From Gemmatimonadetes bacterium 13_2_20CM_2_65_7 (GTDB lineage Bacteria > Gemmatimonadota > Gemmatimonadetes > Gemmatimonadales > GWC2-71-9): a DNA stretch of 64,000 bases. The notes under the pieces were generated by a model, which saw only the letters and a program-made list of their open reading frames with translations, was not told the origin of the DNA and ran no database searches. Below, piece after piece: positions 38,561-46,454 of the stretch (position 1 is the first letter of the stretch; the number at the start of each line of letters is the position of its first letter). The stretch lies in assembly GCA_001915025.1 (NCBI GenBank), contig MNDR01000010.1, forward strand, positions 948-64,947, in the 5' to 3' direction. A program made the translations under genes and the position numbers.

Positions 38561-38649
38561 GGCCCGTCACCGCGTGCGGGTGAGCGCGCGACTTGTTGTA
38601 CGTGTCTAATTGCCAGTAACTTAGCCCGAGTCTCGGCGTGCCGACACGC

Positions 38650-39522
38650 ATGGCCTACACGGTGACCTTTTGGGGAACCCGGGGGAGCATTCCGACTCCC
38701 GGGCCGGCGACGTCGCGGTATGGCGGCAACACGCCCTGTGTCGCCGTGGAGGGTACCGGGGGTCAGTTAGTGGTCCTCGACGCCGGCACCGGCATTCGCG
38801 CGCTGGGGCTCGAGCTGGTGGCAAAGCAGAACGGCGCCGCGAAGGTCGAAATTCTCCTCTCGCACGCGCACTGGGATCACATTCAGGGACTGCCGCACTT
38901 CAAACCCTTCTTCGCGCCCGGCAACAGCGTGCGCATTTGGGGATCGCGGCAAGGCACCACCTCCTTGGAAGCGATTCTGCGTCAGCAAATGGACCCGGCC
39001 GTTTTCCCGGTTCCGCTCGATGCCCTGTCGGCACAGCTGACCGTCCAGCAAGTCGACATGGAGGAATTCTCGATCGGGGAGTTCCGCGTCAGGACGACGA
39101 AGCTGCGACACCCGGGGACGACGTTGGGATTCCGGCTCGCGCCCGCCAAGGGTGGGGGGGGGCCCACGATGGCATATGTGACCGACAACGAATTGGGCGG
39201 CGGCGGGCACTACGACGTGTCCGCGAGCTGGCGTCACGACTTCGTGACGTTCTTGAAGGGCGTCGATCTGCTGATTCACGACGCCATGTATACGCCGAAA
39301 GAGCTGGAACAACACCGCGGCTGGGGTCACTCGACCTATGAAGAGGCGGTCACCCTGGCATTGGACGCCGGTGCGAAGCAGCTGGTGCTGTTCCATCACG
39401 AGCCTGAGCATGGCGATGAAGCGATGGATGGACTGGTGGCTGCGGCGCGCAAATACGCCAAGGCGCGCGGTGGATCGCTGGAAGTCGACGCCGCGAAAGA
39501 AGGCATGAAGGTGGCCCTGTGA
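38650..39522 (+). CDS. MBL-fold metallo-hydrolase (phosphodiesterase-like)
   Basis: GTRGSIPTPG..YGGNT, LDAGTG, SHAHWDHIQG, TDNE, GWGHS, LFHHEP. Confidence 0.9.
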   Translation: MAYTVTFWGTRGSIPTPGPATSRYGGNTPCVAVEGTGGQLVVLDAGTGIRALGLELVAKQNGAAKVEILLSHAHWDHIQGLPHFKPFFAPGNSVRIWGSRQGTTSLEAILRQQMDPAVFPVPLDALSAQLTVQQVDMEEFSIGEFRVRTTKLRHPGTTLGFRLAPAKGGGGPTMAYVTDNELGGGGHYDVSASWRHDFVTFLKGVDLLIHDAMYTPKELEQHRGWGHSTYEEAVTLALDAGAKQLVLFHHEPEHGDEAMDGLVAAARKYAKARGGSLEVDAAKEGMKVAL

Positions 39523-40229
39523 CCCAAGGAGCAGTTATGCGTGCGCGTGCAGTCGCGGCTGTGTTGAGCCTTTTCCCGATCCTCGTGGGGGCGCAGCAAC
39601 GCAGCCAGGACACTCGACCCGGAATTGCGGTACTGCCCTTTAGCAATGGCGGCTCCTACGGGCAGGCGAAAGAGGACTATGACGCCCTGCAGCGGGGGAT
39701 CGCGGGAATGATGATCTCGGAACTGGCGCGCAATCCGGCCGCGCGTATCGTCGAGCGCGAGCAGATCCAACAGCTGATCGGTGAGCAGAATCTCGGGGCA
39801 CAGGGTCGCGTGGACTCCGCGACGGTGGCTCGCATCGGCAAGATCACCGGCGCTCGCTACATGGTCATGGGTACCTTCGTCGATTTCTATGGCGACTTCC
39901 GCATCGATGTTCGGCTCGTCAACAGCGAGACGAGCGAGATCGTCAAGACCGAGTCCGACAAGGTGCAGCGGGATCATTTGTTTGATCTGATCCGCACCAT
40001 CTCCGAACGGCTGATGAAGGACGTCAACCTGCCCCAATTGGAGCGGCGCGCATCCGATCAGCGCATGGATCGCAGAATTCCGACGGAAGCGCTGACCTAT
40101 TACTCGCGCGCTTTGCTGTATCAAGATCGCGGACAGAAAGACAAAGCGGTCGAGATGTACACGCACGCGCTGCAGATTTTCCCCGAATACGCTGAGGCGC
40201 AGGAAGGCCTGCAGCGAGCCAAGTCCTAA
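39519..40229 (+). CDS. CsgG/HfaB/FlgO-like exported protein with C-terminal TPR
   Basis: IAVLPFSN, IVEREQI..L..EQ, ARIGKITGARYMVMG, IDVRLVNSET.EI; TPR at the C-terminus. Confidence 0.8.
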   Translation: MTQGAVMRARAVAAVLSLFPILVGAQQRSQDTRPGIAVLPFSNGGSYGQAKEDYDALQRGIAGMMISELARNPAARIVEREQIQQLIGEQNLGAQGRVDSATVARIGKITGARYMVMGTFVDFYGDFRIDVRLVNSETSEIVKTESDKVQRDHLFDLIRTISERLMKDVNLPQLERRASDQRMDRRIPTEALTYYSRALLYQDRGQKDKAVEMYTHALQIFPEYAEAQEGLQRAKS

Positions 40230-41005
40230 CGGATCCGTTTAGTCGTCTCGGCAAGGCGACGGCGCGCCGGCTCTCCCGCCTGGGAGCGCTGGCGCGCTTC
40301 GGCTTTGGGGCCCTGCGCGCCGCCACGCGCCTCACCGCCGCCGGGCGCGCTGTCGCGACTCGCATCGCCATCAATCAGGTGCGGTTCACGGCCCTCCACG
40401 CCGTCGGCCTCGTGTCGTTGCTCTCCGGCATTTTGTCGTTCCTGGTCATCTCGCAGGCGACGCGCGAGCTGGGGCGCATCGGCGCGACCGATTACATCGG
40501 CACGCTGATCGTCGTCGCGATCATCCGCGAGCTCGGTCCGCTGCTCACCGCGTTGGTCGTCGTCGGCCGGTCGGGCACCGCGATCGCGGCGGAGCTCGCA
40601 ACCAACCAGGTGATGGGCGAAGTGCGCGCGCTCGAGTCGATGGGAATCGACCCCAAACAATACCTGGTGCTGCCGCGGTTTCTCAGCTCGCTCGTGAGCG
40701 TCTTCGCGCTGCTCGTGCTGTTCGATCTCGTCGCCGTCATGGCCGGCTTTGCGGCGGCGCGGTTCAACGGTCTCCCGGGACCGCGCTATTTCCAAATCGT
40801 GCTGCAGTCGCTCAGCAACCGCGACGTCTGGCTCACCGTGTTCAAGGCACTCGCTTTCGGCACGATCGTGGGCGTGGTGCCGAGCTATTTCGGATTGGCA
40901 GTGCGGCGAGCGTCGACGGAAATTCCGATCGCCGCGAGCCGCGCCGTCGTCGCGGCGCTCGTCGGAATCTTTCTATGTTCGGCGCTGTTCGTGGCGCTGG
41001 GGTGA
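40229..41005 (+). CDS. mlaE: MlaE-family ABC permease (probable ACG start)
   Basis: IRELGPLLTALVVVGRSGTAIAAELAT...EVRALESMGIDP..YLVLPR; frame is open back to the TAACG junction. Confidence 0.9.
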   Translation, partial: TDPFSRLGKATARRLSRLGALARFGFGALRAATRLTAAGRAVATRIAINQVRFTALHAVGLVSLLSGILSFLVISQATRELGRIGATDYIGTLIVVAIIRELGPLLTALVVVGRSGTAIAAELATNQVMGEVRALESMGIDPKQYLVLPRFLSSLVSVFALLVLFDLVAVMAGFAAARFNGLPGPRYFQIVLQSLSNRDVWLTVFKALAFGTIVGVVPSYFGLAVRRASTEIPIAASRAVVAALVGIFLCSALFVALG

Positions 41006-41008
41006 GCG

Positions 41009-41701
41009 ATGACCATTCCCCATTCCCCAGTCCCGCTCCTGTTCGACTCCATCCCCATTGCACGCGATGCTTCACATCCGTTTTCACTCGAGGTACCCGA
41101 GCACCGAACCATCGCTGTGCTCGGTGACGAGGACTCAGGACTAGAACAACTCGGCGGCTACGCGCTGGGGCTGGAACGCCCCGAGAGCGGCCGGGCACTG
41201 GTCTTCGGTACGCTCGTGGCCAGCCTGCCGGAGCCTGAGCGCTTAGCGTTCCGCCGTCGGGTCGGATACCTTCCGGCAGGCGACGGTCTCCTGCAGAATC
41301 TCTCCCTTCGAGACAACGTCGCGTTGCCGCTGCGGTTCGGCAGTGCCGGAACCCTGCGCGACATCGAGGGCCGCGTGAACGTGATGCTGACGGCCGTGCG
41401 TCTCACGGCGGCGGCGGCCTTGCGGCCCGCGCAGGCGAACGACGAGGAGCGGCGGCGGGCGGCATTGGCGCGCGCCGTCGCATTCGATCCGGCGCTGCTG
41501 ATTCTCGAGCAGCCGTTCGACGGCCTGACGGCGCGCGTGGCGTCGGAGCTCTTGGAGCTCGCGCGCGGCGGCGAATCCGCCGAAGGCGCGAGGCGCAGGA
41601 TCTTCATCACGGGGCAGGAGATCCCGCCGCTGATCCTGCGGCGGCTGGATCAGGTTTATCGGCTCACGCGCGCGGGAATGCTGGAACCCGAAACGGTCTG
41701 A
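41009..41701 (+). CDS. MlaF-like ABC ATPase homologue with degenerate catalytic motifs
   Basis: RRRVGYL, LSLRDNVALPL and LARA fit the ABC fold, but Walker A, signature, Walker B and H-loop are altered. Confidence 0.75.
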   Translation: MTIPHSPVPLLFDSIPIARDASHPFSLEVPEHRTIAVLGDEDSGLEQLGGYALGLERPESGRALVFGTLVASLPEPERLAFRRRVGYLPAGDGLLQNLSLRDNVALPLRFGSAGTLRDIEGRVNVMLTAVRLTAAAALRPAQANDEERRRAALARAVAFDPALLILEQPFDGLTARVASELLELARGGESAEGARRRIFITGQEIPPLILRRLDQVYRLTRAGMLEPETV

Positions 41702-41716
41702 TTCCGAGGGCCTTGC

Positions 41717-42628
41717 TTGGAAACTCGCCAGGACTTCTACGTCGGACTGCTGCTCGTCGTGACGATCGCGCTGGTGATCGGCGCGCTGATTGCGACGAGC
41801 GGCTGGGGCGAGCGGCGCTACGACCTGTACGTCCGCGTGACGAGCGCCGACGGCATCTCCCGAGGAACAGCAGTCGTGATTGAAGGACTGGATGTCGGTC
41901 AGGTCACGAGCATCTTGCCCCGGGTCGACTCCACGACGCGGCGCATCTCGTTTGTTGCGAAGCTGTCCGTCAAAGAACGGTTCGAGGACGGTTCGCGACT
42001 CCAGCTGCCCTTCGGAACACGCGCCGAGCTGGTGCAGGCGAGCCAGATCTCTGCCGCCGTCGCCATCCGGCTGATTCTTCCCGATACCCTGCACCCGCAC
42101 CACACCTACCTGCACGCCGGCGATACACTGGACTCGCGGCGGCGCGGCGGTGCCCTCGACGCGGTCGCCGAAGTCGCCGATCAGCTGTCGCAGCGCGTGC
42201 AGGAAATGGTGCGCACCGCGACGCAGACGCTCGTGCGGGTGCAGTCCACGCTGCGCGACGTCACGCCCGACATCGAGCGGACACTCAGTGGTGTCGCAGC
42301 CACGATGGGCCGGCTGGATTCGGTCGTGAACCGCTTCGCGCGGCGCGGCCTCGCCGATTCGGTGTCCGTGGCGGTCGCCAACACCAATCGCCTGCTCTTG
42401 CGCCTCGATAGTCTCGCCCGGGAAGCGCACTCGCTCACGGCGGAGAATCGCAGCGACCTGCGCGCCACCGTCACGAACCTGACTGAGGCGTCGCGGCAGC
42501 TCAACAACTTCGTCGATCAGATGTCGCGCCGTCCGTTCCGGGCGCTGACTGGTGTAAAGCCGCTCCCGCCAGTCTCTCGCGACTCGGTTCGCGCGGACAG
42601 CGCGCGCCCGATCGGGGCGAAGCCATGA
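41717..42628 (+). CDS. MlaD/MCE family protein
   Basis: N-terminal TM, ADGI..GTAV...GLDVGQV MCE motif, long helical C-terminus. Confidence 0.88.
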   Translation: METRQDFYVGLLLVVTIALVIGALIATSGWGERRYDLYVRVTSADGISRGTAVVIEGLDVGQVTSILPRVDSTTRRISFVAKLSVKERFEDGSRLQLPFGTRAELVQASQISAAVAIRLILPDTLHPHHTYLHAGDTLDSRRRGGALDAVAEVADQLSQRVQEMVRTATQTLVRVQSTLRDVTPDIERTLSGVAATMGRLDSVVNRFARRGLADSVSVAVANTNRLLLRLDSLAREAHSLTAENRSDLRATVTNLTEASRQLNNFVDQMSRRPFRALTGVKPLPPVSRDSVRADSARPIGAKP

Positions 42629-44574
42629 GATACGTTCTGCTGCACCCCCCGCTGTGGCGCCCGGATGCGGTCGCGCCGGCGCTCGAGACGTCGCAGGTCG
42701 AGGCGCGTCCGGTGCGCCAGCCCAAAGAGCTGGCCGTTGTCGACGATCGTCCCACCGTGTTCCTCCTGGATGGGGAGAGCCGATCGGCCTTCCCGGTCGA
42801 TGTCATGCGGTCGTTTGTGGATGCGGGCGGCGCCATCGTGGCACTCGGGCGCAATGGCGAGACGGACGTGCCCGAAGGATTGCCGACGGAGTTTCTGTCC
42901 GGCTTCCTCACGCACCCGGCGAGCCCGCGACGCCTGCTCGTCGCGATCCGCGCGGGGTTCCGAGAGGCGGCCGCCCGGGCGGAAACCGCCCGCGCGCGCG
43001 GCGAAGCGGCGCATCGGGCCCGCGAGATCGGAGAGTTGACGCGGATCGGCGTGGCGCTCGGCACAGAGCGAGATCTCAAGACACTGCTCGACCTCATCCT
43101 CACGCAATCGCGACGCATCACGCAGTCTGACGCCGGCAGCCTCTACCTCGTCGAACACAATGAGGAAGGGACCAAGCGCCTGCGCTTCCGGCTCGCCCAG
43201 ACCTACTCGAAACCGGAAGCGCCGTTCGTCGAGTTCACGATCCCGGTGGACCGCACGAGCCTGGCGGGCTACTGCGCCGTCACCGGGGATCCCCTGGTGC
43301 TCGACGACGCTTACTTCCTGCCGCCCGACGTCGAGTACACCATCAACCGCTCCTTCGACGAGCGCTACGGCTATCGCACGAAATCGATGCTCGTGATCCC
43401 GATGAAGGATCACAAGGACGAGATCATCGGCGTCCTGCAGCTCATCAATCGCAAGCGCAACTTCGACGCGGTGCTCTCCACACCGGCGGACGTCGAGAAA
43501 CAGGTTGTGCCGTACTCGAAGCGGACGGTCGAGCTGGTGACCGCGCTCGCCGGACAGGCGGCCGTCGCCATCGAGAACAGCCGCCTATACGAAGACATCG
43601 AGAAGCTGTTCGAGGGGTTCGTGCTGGCGGCGGTGCACGCGATCGAGCAGCGCGATCCGACGACATATGGTCACAGCGGCCGCGTGGCCGGCATGACGGT
43701 GGGACTCGCAGAGATCGTTGACCGCGCCGGCGATGGTCCCTATCGCGGCGTAACGTTTTCACGGGAACAGCTCAAGGAAATCCGTTACGCGGCCCTGCTG
43801 CACGATTTCGGCAAGGTCGGCGTACGCGAGCAGGTCCTCATCAAGGCGAAGAAGCTCTACCCGTCAGACCTGGGACTGGTGCGGCATCGCCACGCATTCA
43901 TTCGCCGCACGGCCGAGCGCGAGTTCTGGCGCAAGCGCGCGGAATTCCTCGAGTCGAATGGGACGAAGGGATACGAAGGATTCGTGAAGGACCTCGAGGC
44001 CGCGCATCGCCAGGAGCTGAGGGAGCTGGATCGGTTCCTGGAGATCGTGCTTCAAGCCAATGAGCCGAGCATTCTGCCTGACGGGAGCTTCGAGGAGCTG
44101 AAAGCGTGGTCGAAGCGAACGTACCTGGCCTTCGACGGCGTGACCGAGCCGTTCTTGTCGCCCGATGAAATGCGCTACCTCACGATTCGCAAAGGCACCC
44201 TCGACGACGCGGAGCGACACGAGATCGAGAGTCACGTGACGCACACGTTTCAATTCCTCCAGCGCATTCCCTGGACGCGCGAGCTCCAACAGATCCCGCT
44301 CATCGCCTACGGCCACCATGAGAAGCTCGACGGTCGGGGCTATCCGCGCCGGATCACGGCGGAAGGGATCCCGATCCAGACGCGCATGATGACGATCAGT
44401 GACATTTACGACGCCCTGACGGCGCAGGACCGGCCCTATAAGCGTGCCGTCGCCACCGACCGGGCACTCGACATTCTCGGCCACGAGGTGAAGGAAGGGC
44501 AGCTCGACTTCGATCTCTTCAAGCTGTTCATCGACGGCAAGGTCTATCAACGACCGGTCGGCGAAGGCGACTGA
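42625..44574 (+). CDS. GAF + HD-GYP cyclic nucleotide phosphodiesterase
   Basis: GAF (SLAGY...YRTKSMLVIPM...GVLQLIN), RDPTTYGHS, LLHDFGK, HHEKLDGRGYP, DIYDALT..DRPYK. Confidence 0.92.
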   Translation: MRYVLLHPPLWRPDAVAPALETSQVEARPVRQPKELAVVDDRPTVFLLDGESRSAFPVDVMRSFVDAGGAIVALGRNGETDVPEGLPTEFLSGFLTHPASPRRLLVAIRAGFREAAARAETARARGEAAHRAREIGELTRIGVALGTERDLKTLLDLILTQSRRITQSDAGSLYLVEHNEEGTKRLRFRLAQTYSKPEAPFVEFTIPVDRTSLAGYCAVTGDPLVLDDAYFLPPDVEYTINRSFDERYGYRTKSMLVIPMKDHKDEIIGVLQLINRKRNFDAVLSTPADVEKQVVPYSKRTVELVTALAGQAAVAIENSRLYEDIEKLFEGFVLAAVHAIEQRDPTTYGHSGRVAGMTVGLAEIVDRAGDGPYRGVTFSREQLKEIRYAALLHDFGKVGVREQVLIKAKKLYPSDLGLVRHRHAFIRRTAEREFWRKRAEFLESNGTKGYEGFVKDLEAAHRQELRELDRFLEIVLQANEPSILPDGSFEELKAWSKRTYLAFDGVTEPFLSPDEMRYLTIRKGTLDDAERHEIESHVTHTFQFLQRIPWTRELQQIPLIAYGHHEKLDGRGYPRRITAEGIPIQTRMMTISDIYDALTAQDRPYKRAVATDRALDILGHEVKEGQLDFDLFKLFIDGKVYQRPVGEGD

Positions 44575-44577
44575 CAC

Positions 44578-44934
44578 TCACGAGAGCAGCAGTTTGACGG
44601 AGATCAGGAGCAAGAACCCGCCGAACATCTTTCGCAGCGTCAGGTCCGAGATCGATCCCGCGAGTCGCGCTCCGAAGTAAGCGCCGATCAGCAGCCCGAC
44701 CGCGACGACGGCCGCGTACGCCCAGTTGACCTGCTGTCGTTTCGAGTACTCGAGCACACCCAGCAACCCGACCGGCAGGAGCAGCGCGGCGAGCGAGGTC
44801 CCGTGCGCGGTGTGTTGCGGCATCTTGGTGATGAAGACGAGGCCGGGAATGATCACCACCGCCCCGCCGACGCCGAAGAGACCCGAGATCACGCCGGCCA
44901 GCAGACCGAGCAACGACACGAGCGCCCAAGTCAT
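44578..44934 (-). CDS. Half-size TauE/SafE (TSUP) membrane protein
   Basis: GLLAGVISGLFGVGG.VVIIP.L, AHGTSLA; four TM segments. Confidence 0.85.
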   Translation of the reverse strand: MTWALVSLLGLLAGVISGLFGVGGAVVIIPGLVFITKMPQHTAHGTSLAALLLPVGLLGVLEYSKRQQVNWAYAAVVAVGLLIGAYFGARLAGSISDLTLRKMFGGFLLLISVKLLLS

Positions 44935-46454
44935 CTCTCTTCTCCTTTTCCCCAGCCGCCACCGCCGGGGGTTTCGATGCGAAGGACGTCACCTGACGCG
45001 AGCCGCAACGTGGTTTTCGACGGAAGGGGAGCGCCGTTGAGGAGGTTGGATCCCGGGGCTCCATCCAGTCCTCCTGCTGCCCCGGCAGGTCCGTGCCTCC
45101 GCCGCTCCGTCAACAAAGTAGCCTCCATGGGGGCGAGCGCCTCGAATTCTCTGACGACGCCTTCGCCTCCCGTCCATCTCCCCTTTCCGCCACTGCCCCG
45201 GCGCAGCGCGTACGTTCGCACTCTCAATGGATGCTCGATCTCGAGGACTTCGATCGGCGTGTTGCGGGTGTTAGACATACCAACGTGGACGCCTGAAGGG
45301 CCATCAGCAGCGTGCGACGCTCCTTGTCCACCGCCGATGGTTTCGTAGTACGTCCAACCCCCTTCCCCGAAGGTCAGGTTGTTCATCGTGCCCTGCCCCT
45401 GGGCTGGGACCTGACAGGCGCCCGACGCGAGCGCGCGAAAGACGGTATCAGCGATGCGCTGCGACGTCTCGACATTTCCTGCCGCGACGGCGCTGGGCGG
45501 ACGCGCCGCGACGAGACAGCCGGCGGGGGCCGTCACGGCTATCGCGCGCGAGACGCCACCATTCATGGGCACATCGTCGGGAAGCAGCGTGCGCACGACG
45601 AAGAGCACCGCCGAGCGCGTCACCGCGATCGGACAATTCACGTTCCCTGGTGCCGCGCCGCTCGTGCCCGTGAAGTCCGCGTAGAAGACGCCATCCCGGA
45701 TTCGGATCGTCACGCGGATCTCGAGATCGTCCTCGATGACGCCATCGCCCTCCAGCCAGTCCCTTGCGGATGCCTCGGACAGCTCAAGCCTGCCGAGGAT
45801 GGCTTTGGTGCGTCGTTCGGCGTAGTCGAGCAGCTCACGCGCGGCCTCACGCAACGCGTTCCAACCGTGCCGCCGTGCCAGCGTCCGCAGTCCGTCCGCT
45901 CCGCGCTCGACGGCGGCCCGCTGCGCCGCGAGATCGCCGCGCCGCATGGCCGGAGTGCGCACGTTGGCGAGGAGGAGTTGCTCGAGGTCGGGCGTAAACC
46001 GCGTGGGTGGAATCACGAGGCCTTCCTGGAACAGCTCTCGCGCGCCGGCAGGCATGCTGCCCGCCGCCATTCCGCCGATATCCGAGTGGTGGGCTCGCAC
46101 GACACTGTATCCGCCGATCTGACCGTCGATGTCGATCGCGCCGACCAGCGTGAGATCGGGAAGATGGCTGCCGCCGGCATAGGGATCGTTCAGCAGAAAT
46201 AGCTCGCCGGGTTCGGGGGAAGGATCGAGATGGTGCACCGCAGCGACAGCATCCGCCAAGGCACCGAGATGCACCGGGATGTGCGCAGCCTGCGCGATCA
46301 TCTCACCATCCGCGCCGAATAACGCCGCCGACGCGTCGCGACGCTCACGGATGTTCGGTGAGAGCGCACTGTGCACCAACACGAGTCCCATCTCCTCCGC
46401 GATCGACGCAAAGGCATGGGCCATCACCTCGAGCCCGACGGCGTCGAGCCTCAT
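44931..46454 (-). CDS. Hydantoinase B / 5-oxoprolinase subunit
   Basis: SPNIRERRD, HIPVHLG, NDPY.GGSHLPD, HHSDIGG, ETPGGGGWG. Confidence 0.93.
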   Translation of the reverse strand: MRLDAVGLEVMAHAFASIAEEMGLVLVHSALSPNIRERRDASAALFGADGEMIAQAAHIPVHLGALADAVAAVHHLDPSPEPGELFLLNDPYAGGSHLPDLTLVGAIDIDGQIGGYSVVRAHHSDIGGMAAGSMPAGARELFQEGLVIPPTRFTPDLEQLLLANVRTPAMRRGDLAAQRAAVERGADGLRTLARRHGWNALREAARELLDYAERRTKAILGRLELSEASARDWLEGDGVIEDDLEIRVTIRIRDGVFYADFTGTSGAAPGNVNCPIAVTRSAVLFVVRTLLPDDVPMNGGVSRAIAVTAPAGCLVAARPPSAVAAGNVETSQRIADTVFRALASGACQVPAQGQGTMNNLTFGEGGWTYYETIGGGQGASHAADGPSGVHVGMSNTRNTPIEVLEIEHPLRVRTYALRRGSGGKGRWTGGEGVVREFEALAPMEATLLTERRRHGPAGAAGGLDGAPGSNLLNGAPLPSKTTLRLASGDVLRIETPGGGGWGKGEER

